Of a stretch of DNA of 64,000 bases, positions 11,290 to 24,310 are shown in pieces. Made by a program: the position numbers and the translations under genes. The notes beneath the pieces are model-generated. The model did not search any database. It was not told the origin of the DNA and saw only the letters and a program-made list of their open reading frames with translations. Within the stretch, counting starts at the first letter, position 1. Every line of letters begins with the position of its first letter. Source of the DNA: Octopus vulgaris (Eukaryota); NCBI GenBank assembly GCA_951406725.2, contig OX597839.1:9610001-9674000 (forward strand), read 5' to 3'.

Positions 11290-13190
11290 AGATACTGATG
11301 ATCCCACTCTTACAGTAGAACTGGAGGAGAAATTCCAGTGCACACAGGAACGTTAACAAAGAAAGCCATCTTCATGTGTGGCAGATGAGCAGGAACAATA
11401 AGCTCTAAGAACACACAGGAATTAGACTCTCTCAAATGCCTAGGAGGCACTCTTGAGGTTGTTGATAGTTTCTTTTACTTACTTGACTAAATTAGCAGAA
11501 GTGGATGATGTTCTGAAAGTATTGTTGCTAGAATTAGAATAGGATGGAAGTTCAGAGTACTATTACTTCTGTTAGCAACAAAAGGATCCTCTCTCTCAGA
11601 GAGAAAGGTATGATGCCTGTGTATGAATAGTGATACTCCATGGTAGTGAGACATAGGCTCTGAATGCAGAGGACATATGTAGACTAGTGAGGAATGTAGC
11701 TAGTATGCTTCGATTGATATGCAACATCAGGTTGTATGTATGACAAAGAACAAATGTGCTGTGGAGGCACATGGCCTAGTGGTTAGAGCAGGGGACTCGT
11801 GGTCGAGGGATCGCAGGTTTCAATCTCAGACCGGGCGATGTGTGTGTTTATGAGCGAAACACCTAAGCTCCACGCAGTTCCGGCAGAAGGTAATGGTGAA
11901 CCTCTGCTGACTCTTTCGCCACAACTTTCTCTCACTCTTTCCTCCTGCATCTTGCAGCTCACCTGCGACGGACCGGCATCCCGTCCAGGTGGGGAACCTA
12001 TACACCAAGAAACCGGCCCTTATGAGCCAGGCATGGCTCGAGAAGAAACAAACAAACAACAAATGTGCTGAGAGACATTAGAGGAATCAGATACAGCATG
12101 CAAGAGAGAGACTACATTGGTTTGGACATAAGATGCATATGAATGAAGACAGCTGTATAAAGAAGTACCAGTCGCTTCAAGTGGATGGCAATTGTGGAAG
12201 AAGGAGACCCAGGAAGACATGGGATGAAGTGGTGAGAACAGTTTTCAAGATGTTGGGCCTCATGAACAAGATGACAATGGATTGAGATGTCTGGATATAT
12301 GATGTTCTTAAGAAGACTCACCCACCTCAGCAAAACTGAGTTCTGGGAATGCTGTGTGTCCCACCTACATGTAACCTTAAAACTTTTCACATATCCTACC
12401 CCAATAAACCAAACTACATCACCTGTGTTCCACCACATCTTCATCACACTTCCTCTTTTTCATGCACTATATTATCTCCCCCTCCCCACTCCTGTAACCC
12501 AATCCAGTCCTCTTTGCCAACTGTATCATTACTATTCTTTTGTCCCCCTCAGCTTTCACCAGTCACTGCACAGCCCCTCTAACTTTGCATTCGCCTAAGC
12601 TCCCTACTTGTGCACCCTCAGCAATGTTCTTCCATTCCATTTATATTCTTGTTCCTGTACATTGAAATTATGCCTTGGCATATCGCCACCTTCTCTCTCA
12701 CTCCTTCTCACCCTTGCTCTCTCTCTCTCAGTCTCTCCCTCTCACTCTCTCCCACTGACTAAGGCAACCATGTACCTCTTCTACTGCAAGACACCCATTT
12801 CTGTCCCTCTGTCATAATCTTTCATCACGTGGCATAAAATCACCTTCTCCAATATCCGCCCCTGACCACACTCAAAGGGTCTTCATTTTGCAAGTTGCTT
12901 GGTGCCTGCAGTGGTGCTGGTGCCATGTAAAAAGCATCCAGCTGTAGAAACCATGCCAAATGAGACCTTGCCACTGCTGCTTCCATGTAAAAAGTAACCA
13001 ACCCACTCTGTAAAGTGATTGGCATTGAGGAGGGCATCCAACCATAAAAACCATGCCAAAAAACAGACTTTACCAGTGCTGGTGCCATGCAAAAAACACT
13101 TAGTCCACTCTGTAAAGTGTTTGGTGTTAGGAAGTGCATCCAACTGTAAAAATTATGCCAAAAGAGACAGTGGAGCCTGGGGTAGCTTCA
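11290..13190 (+). mobile_element. 5'-truncated RTE-clade LINE (RT C-terminus plus 3' UTR), pseudogenised
   Basis: Translated remnants LEVVDSFFYL, ARIRIGW, LHGSET, RLHWFGH and GRRRPRKTWDEVVR, with stops and frameshifts. Confidence 0.8.
11762..12057 (+). mobile_element. Full-length tRNA-derived SINE (family C) inserted in the RTE LINE
   Basis: 13-bp TSD AACAAATGTGCTG at 11749-11761 and 12058-12070; (AAAC)n tail. Confidence 0.88.
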
Positions 13191-14347
13191 AGATTTTGAT
13201 GAGGTGATTGTTTATATCTAGAATGTCATTGTAGGGTGTGTATGAGAGGCCAGACCTGGCCAGTATATAAAACAAGTAGAATATTTAGGCCAGATATGTC
13301 TGGTTTAAATGCTAAAGGGTTAATTATAGGTCTGTTGGATCTGGACTAATCTGGAGAAACAACTATGTGTGTGTGAGTGAAGACTGAAGCAAGAAGATTC
13401 TGCTTCATACCCCCCCCCCCAACACACACACCATCTCTAACTCCACTGATCTGTGAGTGCTCCCTGGAAATTGGAAGAGAGAGCCTGTTGTTCCTTCCAC
13501 CCACCCATCCAGGCCAACAAAGACATCTGGCAGCTGTTTAAATAACAATTACAACAACAGGAACTGTCAGATGGACAACATCCCATGTCTCTCAGACAGA
13601 ACCCATGTTGTTGTGATTGCTGATAGTGTGTGTGTGTGGGGGTCTGTTGTTGTTGGAAATGTGGAGCTAGTCCTCCTCACATACATGCACCTACATACTA
13701 ACACTTTAAAATACATAGATACACAAACGTATACACACAGCAAATATAAATATACATGAATGCATAATCATACACACACACACACAACATAGATGCACGC
13801 ATATATCACATATAAATACAAAAATCACTGCACATACACACACAAACACACACATGATGCAATGAGGGAACTTCCACATAATCACTTGTCCTACTAGAAA
13901 TAGTAGCCAAAATTCCTCAAGTGACACCAACCTTAATGTTTTAGGATAAAGAAAAGAATACATTAGATAAAGTAGTTCTAGACACAGTCCTAAGAAGATG
14001 GAATGGTCATGGCTGGAAACATTTTGGTGATACACCTGATCTATCGAGGTTGACGAGGGGCAAAACAAAATTCATCATGTGCACAAGACTCCTATACACA
14101 CACATGAAGTGTGTGTGAGAGAGAGAGAGAAAGAAATAGACATATATAAATATATATATAGGGAGAGAGAGAGATTCAATGAGGGAGCCTTGTAACTTAT
14201 TACCATGATATGCCTAAAGCAGCAGCTTAACTCACTCAAATTACACAGCTTAGCAAAAGGACAGGATTCAATACACATAAGAAAACAGATAAGGTGGTCA
14301 CTAATGAGATGCCTTTGATCATTGGCACATACATATATGTATATATA

Positions 14348-14392
<45 letters not shown>

Positions 14393-14397
14393 TATAT

Positions 14398-14440
<43 letters not shown>

Positions 14441-14575
14441 TACACATATATATATATATATATATATACATATATACACATATATATATTTTATAAATCC
14501 CACTGGGTCTACCTCAGGAATTCCTCAATAGCCACAACCACCAGGTGTATACCTTAGTTTTAATTAACGACTTAC

Positions 14576-14610
<35 letters not shown>

Positions 14611-15525
14611 TAACTCATGGCTTAAATATATATCTTTATACACACATATATATATACACAAATAGATATAAAAAACAAACATACATCACCATTCTACTAG
14701 TAGGTATAATATATATAAAGACACAATACATACTATCACTACCACTCTAGAAACACCAGTCTTACAAGGACACACCCCACCACTCATCACCACTACCCTA
14801 CAGGCATACCCCCCCACACACACTTTAACAATACAACTATTCTATATTACCAGTACCACCTCACATACATACCATTACTCTTGACAAACCACCACCATCA
14901 CATCTATCATCCCAGGCACACCATCACCACCCCAGGGACACAATTCTAGATACACCACCCAAACACCACTACCACCACCGCCCTGTTGACCAGACATCTC
15001 TCAGATACAACCACTACACCCACAGAGATGAGAAGTGACAACCTACCTGGTGCCATGCAGAATGATAAGCCAAAGTAGTAAACATTATTATTATTATTAT
15101 TGTAGCCAGAGAAAGCAAGAGAATAGCCATGTTGTCAGTTGAAGACTTTTACTTGATGTCTTCCTACATGAGGGAGAGTGAGAAGACAGACAGAACAGGA
15201 GGGTGGACAGTCGCAGGATGGATCAAGGGTGGTGATGGTGGTGGTGGTGGTGGTGCACAGCCACCAACGAAATACTGACAGGAAAACATAATAAGGTCAG
15301 AGTTGATGAATAAATATATTTAAGTAAAGTGAATGGAAGGCAGTGGATTGGCACAATCAGTAGAGAATCGGACAAGATGCTCTGTGGCATTTCCAGTTCT
15401 TTACATCCTGAGTTCAAATCCCACTGAGATCAAGTTTGCCTTTTATCATCTCAGAGCTGATAAAATAAAGTACAAATCCCAGGGCATTGGATTGGATAAA
15501 CTCTTAGAGAATTAGACAAAATATA

Positions 15526-15922
15526 GGCGGTGAGTTGGCAGAAACGTTAGCACGCCGGGCGAAATGCGTAGCCGTATTTCGTCTGCCGTTACGTTCTGAG
15601 TTCAAATTCCGCTGAGGTCCACCTTGCCTTTCATCCTTTCGGGGTCAATAAATTAAGTACCAGTTACGCACTGGGGTTGATATAATCGACTTAATCCGTT
15701 TGTCTGTCCTTGTTTGTCCTCTCTGTGTTTAGCCCCTTGCTGAAACAAATTTAATCAGAATGTAAACAAACCAGAAATGAGGGATCAATGTTTCATCGTT
15801 TCGGGGTCAATAAATTAAGTACCAGTTACGCATTGGGGTCGATGTAATCGACTTCATACCTATGTCTTTCCTTGTTTGTCCCCTCTATGTTTAGCCCCTT
15901 GTGGGTAATAAAGAAATAGGTA
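15526..15922 (+). mobile_element. SINE family B plus a partial second copy
   Basis: Similar to 8915-9138 and 56683-56914. Confidence 0.8.
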
Positions 15923-16851
15923 TTAGACAAAACATGTTGCAGTATTTGTTCCATCAAAGCAGTGTATCCAGGTAGGTGTAGGGGACTTGCCTGTACAAAG
16001 CTGACAATACCAAAAGGAAAGTAGCAGAAAACATTCCTCAGAAAGTACAAAGTGCTTACCAAGGAGGTTACTAAGGGTCATTCAACAACCGAATGGTACA
16101 AAGTAGCAAAGAAAGTAAACGCATCTCTGTCAGCTTCAATGATGAAGTATGCCAGTTGTTTAATCACCAGAACTACCTACAATTATTATATGCATGGTTG
16201 AGTATCCCAGAGACATACTCTTTACTCTTAACTCTTTTACTCGTTTCAGTCATGTGACTGTGGCCATGCTGGAGTACCACCTTTAGTCGAGCAAATCGAC
16301 CCCAGGACTTATTCTTTGTAAGCCTAGTACTTATTCTATCGGTCTCTTTTGCCAAACCGCTAAGCTACGGGGACGTAAACACCAGCATCGGTTGTCAAGT
16401 GATATTGGGGGGGGCACAAACATACACATACACACACACTATAATTGCCATTTGCTAATTATGATACATCCTGTAGAGATGAGGGTAATTTTAATAAATG
16501 GAGAATCTTTGTTGTATAATATTTGATATGCCAGTATTTTTCTATGTAATTCAAATATACACCACTGGCCTCTTTGGGTTATTTCCCTTAGCTCATGTAG
16601 CAAGACATCTGTTTCTGCCTCCCTGGTACCCGATCCCCTCCTCCAATGCCCCCTTCATTAGAGCAAGACACCTGTTTCTGTCTCGCTGTCACACTCTAAC
16701 CTTTCATCACAAGTTCCCCTCCTCAAATGTCCCTACCTCTCTCAAAATTCCTTATCTTGTGAGTTCCTTGGTGACTCTGCCAGTGCTGGTACCATGTAAA
16801 AGGCATCCAGTCCACACTGTAAAGTGGTTGGCATTTGGGAGGGCAGTTCAT

Positions 16852-17158
16852 TATGCAGATGACACTAGAGTTGCCATTGGTGCAATGGCAACTGAGTGCA
16901 TACATTGTAAAGCAAAGAAGTGGTCTGGAGAGACACCTGCACCGTGCTGCAGTGGTTGGAAGGTTAAACTCCATGCCATCCTCCAACCTCCAGAGCCATT
17001 GAAGAAACTGTTGTCATCAACTGACCAAGATTCCAAGCACTTCCAAAACAAAATTAGACAATACAACGCTGCACTACAGAAGACATCATTTGGAGCCACA
17101 AGAGATATAACTGAACCAGGATTCATGTAAACTTTCAAGATCCAAGGTCAGATCTATC
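16852..17158 (+). mobile_element. Helitron RepHel N-terminal fragment
   Basis: IGAM..ECIHCKAKKW..E....CCSG.KVKL....PPEPL..LL...SKHF...IRQYN..Q.TSFGA...[13 protein letters not shown] pattern characteristic of animal Helitrons. Confidence 0.85.
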
Positions 17159-17331
17159 TATCTATCTATCTATCTATCTACATCTATACATGTATATATA
17201 TTTATATGTATGTATATATATATATATATGTATATATATGCATACATATATACATGTATATATATATATATGTATACACACACACGTGTATATATATATG
17301 CATATATATATGTATACGCACAGACACACAC

Positions 17332-18097
17332 TGGATCACAGACTGGCAACTGAAACTGGCTGTGGACAAGTGTACCACCATGCATTTTGGGAGAAAAAAC
17401 CCTGCGTTCACATACTCCCTCCACAACACTGATATCAAGAAATCCTCTTGCGAGCGTGACCTAGGCATCACTGTCAGCAGTGATTTGCGTTGGTCAAAGC
17501 ATATCTCTAAGATTGTCAGGAAGGCCGAGGGTGTCTTGGCATCACTCAGCAGGTCTTTTGTTAGCCGCTCTCCAGCCATCTATTTAAAACTGTATACAGC
17601 TATGGTACGACCACACTTGGAATTCGCATCATCAGTTTGGAACCCCTATCTTGCACAGAACATTGACCTCCTGGAATCTGTCCAGAGACGTGCAACCAAA
17701 CGCATACCCTCCATCAGACACCTACCATATTCTGAGCGCCTTGTTTCCCTGGGCATGGATTCTCTGAAGCTCCGGCGTTTGGCGACGGACTTGGTAAACA
17801 CCCACAAAGTTATCAACCACCTCACCAACAACAACACTAAACACCTTTTTGATCTCCATGTGTCTAACACACGTGGACATGCCTACAAAGTCAGAAAACA
17901 ATACAGCTCCCATGACTTTCGGAAACATTTTTTCACGCTCAGAGTTGCTGAAGCATGGAATAAACTGCCTGCGTCAGTTGTTGACTGCCATGACACTGCA
18001 TCTTTTAAGGCCCTCATGCTTTCCGAAATCCGCCGAAACTTCACCTGATTATATATACACTTTAGATGAGTTGTAGTGCACCTGAGCACTGTACACA

Positions 18098-18128
<31 letters not shown>
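17332..18128 (+). mobile_element. 5'-truncated CR1-clade LINE (open 3' end of ORF2) with (ATT)n tail
   Basis: [39 protein letters not shown] and RV..AWNKLP motifs; stop at 18048. Confidence 0.92.
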
Positions 18129-18138
<10 letters not shown>

Positions 18139-18455
18139 CTATAGCCTCAGGCTAATCAAAGTCTTATGAGTGCATTCTGTACACAGAAACTGAAAGAAGA
18201 CTGCCATATATATGTGCATATTTGTATGTGTCTGTATTTGTATCTCCACTATCACTTGATAACTGATGTTGCTGTGTTTATGTCCCCATAACTTAGCAGT
18301 TCAGCAAAAGACTCTGATAGAATAAGTACTAGGCTTAGCTTACAAAGAATGAATCCTAAGCAATGCCAGGTATATCTGCTAATTAAATAATATTTAATTC
18401 TCACCAGATGGAGTACATCTTTTTGTAGATCTTACCTTTTCAGAACAGTATACTA

Positions 18456-18491
<36 letters not shown>

Positions 18492-18644
18492 TATGTATGT
18501 ATGTATGTACACAGACACACATATATGCATACACACACACAGACACACACACGATGATTACAGTGGTGGTGGTGGTAATGGTGATGATGATAATACAACT
18601 GTTAAGGAATGTGAGATGTAAAGACATCAGTATACATACAGCAC

Positions 18645-18925
18645 CATCACCCCACCCTCATCACACCCTCATGACCATCACACCCTCATGACCATCACCC
18701 CACCCTCATGATCATCACCCCACCCTCATCACACCCTCATCACCATCACCCCACCATCATCACACCCTCATTACCATCACCCCACCCTCATCACCATCAC
18801 CCCACCATCATCACACCCTCATCACCATCACCCCACCATCATCACACCCTCATCACCATCACCCCACCATCATCACACCCTCATCACCATCACCCCACCA
18901 TCATCACACCCTCATTACCATGACC
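18645..18925. repeat. CAT/CAC-rich minisatellite
   Basis: Repeated CATCACCCCACCATCATCACACCCTCAT-like units. Confidence 0.85.
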
Positions 18926-19114
18926 TACAACATTGACAGCATGATGACGACCACCACTATCTATGAGAAATAGCAACCAAATCACTCTTTATCGTCCTAA
19001 AAGAACAACACACACTGGATAATAGGGCCCCAAATATCTTCAAAAGGTGGAATGGTCATGGTTGGAACACTTTAGAACATAGGTCTGCTAAGTCAGGCAC
19101 AAAACACTAACACC

Positions 19115-19344
19115 TATTTCTTTACTACCCACAAGGGGTTAAACACAGAGAGGACAAACAAGGACAGACAAATGGATTAAGTCGATTACATCGACCCCAG
19201 TGCATAACTGGTGCTTAATTTATCGACCCCCGAAAGGATGAAAGGCAAAGTCGACCTCGGTGGAATTTGAACTCAGAACGTAACGGCAGACGAAATACCA
19301 CAAAGCATTTCGCCCGGCGTGCTAACGCTTCTGCCAGCTCGCCG
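19115..19344 (-). mobile_element. SINE family B with 15-bp TSD
   Basis: TSD CAAAACACTAACACC at 19100-19114 and 19345-19359. Confidence 0.88.
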
Positions 19345-20262
19345 CAAAACACTAACACCACCACATCACATGCATCATTTGCAAACCGCTACCACCATCC
19401 CTTACTACATATATTATCACCATATATACTACTACTACTACTACTACTACTACTATTACAACTGCTACCCTATCTTCATCACTAGCACCATCTCTTTGAC
19501 CATCTACAACACCACCCTCACTTCATACTACTACTACTACTACTACCATGACCATATAATACTATTACCACTAGTACCATCACCATATATAATACTACTA
19601 CTACTACAAATACTGCCTTAGATTCAACCCTCTTCAACACAACCATTATCTACATTATCTCCTCATACCACCTGCACCACCATCATCCTTTCTCCTCCTC
19701 CTCCTAGCACCACCACCACCAACACTAACACCAACACCATTACTTTGGCATCAATGAAGAGAGAGGGGGAGTGTTGGAGGGTGGTAATGAAAGGAAGACA
19801 TCAATTACACATTTCCTGCCTCATCATTGTAATATATTCCCATCACTAAGGACATCATTCATAAACTACACACGTCTGGGTCACATGTTAGCCCACATTC
19901 CCAAACTACGAAGTGTCTGGGTTATATGTTAGCCCCACACTTTCCAGCTTCTCTAGGTCACTCACTAGCCTGCACTCTTTATCCACCAAGTCGGGTCAGG
20001 TGTTATCCCCAAAGTCCACCTACTACATGCTTGCTTTACATCAGACCCACATCTCTACCCAGTGTATGTTGTTGCTCCCTACCCCTGAATCATCCCCCCA
20101 CCCGGTCTAGCTGATCCATAATGCATAAATACTTGACTAGATCGATAATTTCAGCTATTCCACACCTGTCCCAGTCTCGTTATCAGGACCACAACTCACA
20201 TTCTCACATGCAGTAGTCTCTCCACCATCCATAATATTTCTGTATTTCCATTGTTATTAAGG

Positions 20263-20510
20263 TGGAGGCATGTGGCTTACTGGTTAGGGTGTCAGCATCA
20301 TGATCGTAAGATTGTGGTTTCGAATCCTGGACCGGGCGATGCGTTGTGTTCTTGAGCAAAACACTTCATTTCACATTGCTCTAGTCCACTCAGCTGGCAA
20401 AAATGAGTAACGCTGCGATAGACTGGCGTCCCGCCCAGCTGGGGAACACATACGCCATAGAAACCGGGAAACTAGGCCCATGAGCCTGGCTAGGCTTTAA
20501 AAGGGTGCAT
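20263..20510 (+). mobile_element. tRNA-derived SINE (family D-related)
   Basis: A/B boxes and TTCTTGAGCAAAACACTT core. Confidence 0.75.
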
Positions 20511-20517
20511 TTATCTC

Positions 20518-20880
20518 TCTATATATAAATGGCAAAATGTCTGTGTGCGTGTCCTTTATACAAAGCCACAATTTTTCAGGTAGAGGGCTCGCACTTTCTA
20601 TGGTCATTCAAAACCGTCCAAGGGTGGTCGTGCACATCTTTACATTTCTCCAGTCACCCTGCAAAGCCATTAAAAAAATCAATAGAAGTGACTTTTTTGT
20701 GAATTTTCTATCCAAAACCCAATCAAAATGCCTGAAACTTGCTACGCCAATTGAATGCCAGCTAGCTGTATGTGATTGGTCAGGAACCGGACCTAATCCT
20801 CGGGACCGTATTCTTCCACCGCGAGGAGAGTGGATAACTGTGGCAATTCTAGAGCTAATACATGTAGCAGAAACATGTTA
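20518..20880 (+). mobile_element. Helitron-like 5' end followed by an 18S rRNA-like fragment
   Basis: Starts TCTATATATAAA (typical Helitron 5' terminus); 20831-20864 TGGATAACTGTGGCAATTCTAGAGCTAATACATG matches conserved 5' 18S rRNA sequence. Confidence 0.5.
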
Positions 20881-21415
20881 GTTGTTGTTGTTATTTAAAT
20901 ATAGGTCAGGCCAGGCTGAGCAGACTTATGGACAAAGGTGTCCCAGCCTTGACAAACCCAACTTTTGTTTTTTTATTCAGAGCCACATTCATCATCATCA
21001 TCATCGTTTAACATCCGTTTTCCATGCTAGCATGGGTTGGACGATTTGACGGAGGGCTGGCAAACCAGATGGCTGCACCAGGCTCCAATCTTGGTCTGGC
21101 GGAGTTTCTACAGCTGGATGCCCTTCCTAATGCCAACCGCTCCGAGAGTGTAGTGGGTGCTTTTATGTGCCACTGGCATGAGGGCCAGTCCAGCGGCACT
21201 GGAAACGACCTCGCTCGAATGTTTTTTCATGTGCCAGTAAGGTGATGCTGAAAGAATATCCTTCAGTTTTTTTAAAAAGACAAGAGGGAGTGATTTGAGC
21301 CAAACTTCGTTTGTATTTCTAGCAGGTTGATTAACCACATAGAAGTCCTTTCACTATAGATTGTTGTAGTGGCCGCAGTAAGATTTTGCCAAAGTGCAAT
21401 AATAACTGGACATAT

Positions 21416-21595
21416 ATTTCTTTACTACCCACAAGGGGCTAAACACTGAGGGGACTAAGTCGATTACATCGACCCCAGTGCGTAACTGGTACTTAATTTA
21501 TCGACCTCGGCGGAATTTGAACTCAGAACGTAACGGCAGACGAAATACAGCTACATATTTCGCCCGACGTGCTAACGTTTCTGCCAGCTCGCCGC
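21416..21595 (-). mobile_element. SINE family B (internally deleted) with 10-bp TSD
   Basis: TSD CTGGACATAT at 21406-21415 and 21596-21605. Confidence 0.8.
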
Positions 21596-23115
21596 CTGGA
21601 CATATGTTGACCCTCACTTCACTTTCCACACATCTAGGTCACATAAAATGAAGCCCACATTCTATTCCCAACATATCTGAGTCATCATCATCATCACCAC
21701 AGATATAAGTGATGATAACATAAACCAGTAGGTGTGACATACTTGAAAGTAGTTATCTAGAAATATCAAAGCTCACAACTTTTATAATATAATTATTTAC
21801 TTTAAGGTTACCTCACCATCAGCACAACCACCATCACCATCACCACCACCACACTGTCACCATGACCATCATTACAAATATCAGAGCTTACTGTAAATAA
21901 TTACACTTCACAAGTTGTAAGGTTACCTCACTAACAACACCATAACCATCACCACCACCACCACTACCACCTTTAACACTCTGTTACTATTAACATTACT
22001 ACCACCAACTACACTATCACTACCGTAGCCATTATCATCTCTCCCATCACACTACTACAACCATCACCACCACACCGTCCTACCACTGTCACTAACACCA
22101 CATCACTATCATCACTACTACACCAGCATCACCATCATTTATACCCTCACCAGCATCACTCTCATTACATTAGCACTACCACCAAAGCATTAATATTAAC
22201 CACTCCATTGCAATGACCATCACCCAAAATATCAGAGCTTACAAGTTTAGTCAACATTATACAGTTACATTAAGGTCACCTCACTCTTATACTCTTACCG
22301 CCACCATCAACTACAACCCCCATGGCCCTCACTATCAACAATCAATGACAGAAGGAATCAGTGTTATTTATAAAATGATGAAAATAGCATTGAAGGGTGG
22401 CAATGTAAGCTTGTATATATGTATGTATATATCTAGGTATGTAAGTATGTATATATCTAGGTATGTATGTGAATCTAAGTGTGTAAAGGACATATGTAAT
22501 TAAAATCCCCCAAAGTGTCACATAGCATTAATTGACCCTACACACACACACATACAGAGGCCAGGGACACGGACACATTCTCCTGTACACACCGACAGTT
22601 AGCCAAAAACAAGAAGAGGGGAGAATTGACACTAATATTAAATTAGACAGAGCATCTACACAAGTGCACACACACACAATATGTATGAGTGTGTGTGTGT
22701 ATGTGTTGTGGAGTGGCTGTCTAGGGCATCTGCTTGATGTGTGTACGTGATGGGGTGAGATGCCTGACATACTTAACCCCAGTAAGATAACTGGGTAGAT
22801 TGTAAAGAAATGAGACCAAATATCTCATTTTCTGCAGCCGTTACTGCTATCTGGCCACTCCAACCGATCTATTGTTGTGTGAACCATGTTGTTGCTATTA
22901 CTGCTCCAGGGCAGCTGTTATCCAGGTGACCCACAGACCCGTTCTTCTGGTTATACTATATCTTGCTGATCTTACTGAGGAAGTATACTGCACACTTCAA
23001 TATGCTGGAGTGCACTGATGCATACAACTGAACTATGACAAAAAACAGCTGGTGTTGCAACAGCAGCAAAATGACAGATAACAGGGAATGTAGAGTTTGG
23101 TCTTGAAAACCTTAC

Positions 23116-23196
23116 TGAATGATAGTACCCCTTCTTCATAGCTTGATAAATGAAGTTGGGTTGGGGCTCTGCACCCGGTGGAGTCATTGCGGGTAT
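23116..23196 (-). CDS. Candidate alternative MYO18 exon (IPA)MTPPGAEPQPNFIYQAMKKGYYHS
   Basis: Strong donor TCA|GTAAGG in phase 0, ATG at 23187, in-frame ttttttaAG acceptor at 23198-23197, IQ-like YQAMKKGY. No transcript evidence. Confidence 0.45.
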
Positions 23197-23425
23197 CTTA
23201 AAAAATGATGGAGATCATACTTCTCCAGATGTGACCACAGCTGGTTTCTTCCAGAGAGATAGAGGAGGAGGAGGGGACAAAAAAGGAAGGATGGTGATAG
23301 AGAAGGGTACATAGAGGTAAAAGTGAGAGAGAAAGGAGAGAGAGAGAGAGAATGACAAAAATGAAGAGAGGATAACTGACTTATAAGGGGTCAACAAATA
23401 CCAGTCCCAGTGAGCTGGAATGTAT

Positions 23426-23632
23426 CTTTACTCTTTTTACTCTTTTACTTGTTTCAGTCATTTGACTGTGGCCATGCTGGAGCACCGCCTTTAATCGAGC
23501 AACTTGACCCCAGGACTTATTCTTTGTAAGCCCAGTACTTATTCTATCGGTCTCTTTTGCCGAACCGCTTAGTAACGGGGACATAAACACACCAGCATCG
23601 GTTGTCAAGCAATGCTAGGGGGACAAACACAG

Positions 23633-23667
<35 letters not shown>

Positions 23668-23833
23668 CACATATATACGACGGGCTTCTTTTCAGTTTCC
23701 GTCTACAAAATCCACTCACAAGGCTTTGGTCGGCTCGAGGCTATAGTAGAAGACACTTGCCCAAGATGCAATGCAGTGGGACTGAACCCGGAACCATGTA
23801 GTTGGTAAACAAGCTACTTACCACACAGCCACT
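23426..23833 (-). mobile_element. SINE family A
   Basis: High similarity to 825-1225. Confidence 0.85.
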
Positions 23834-24310
23834 ATCAACTCCAAACCCACAGCAGGATTTGAACTCAGAGTATAAACAATCGGAATATATACTGTAAGGT
23901 ATTATATCTGCTGTCCTAACAAATCTTCCGATTCACTACCAGTTAAACATTAGTACTTCTCTTACAGTCAGCTATCAACCATTCCCTCCAGGGGCGCACA
24001 AAAGGGAGACACTGGTAAGTTGCTGCTACTGCTGCTTATAATGATGATGATGATTAGGTTCGTGATAGTGGTGATAGTGATAATGATGAAGAGGCTGACA
24101 GTGGTGATGATGCTGATGTTGGGATGACAGTGGAGGTGATTGATGAGAATGATGAAGATGATGGTAATGTTGAGTATGGCAGTTGAAACTGTAGTGGTGG
24201 TGGTGGTGATGACAGTGAAGCCAATAACTACAATGTCCATCAGCCTAGCTGGAGCAGACATAATGACTATGATGCTAATGGAGATAGTGATGATTTTGGT
24301 CTTTTTGTTC

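Noticed and set aside
17206-18048. 280-aa ORF as a host gene
   Set aside because: It is the 3' end of CR1 ORF2 with a start codon supplied by a microsatellite.
18430-18455. Minus-strand AAG|GTAAGA as a micro-exon or ratchet point
   Set aside because: Poor polypyrimidine tract; the nearest AG gives a 17-nt frame-shifting exon.
20831-20864. rRNA gene
   Set aside because: Only a ~34-bp fragment with no rDNA unit around it.
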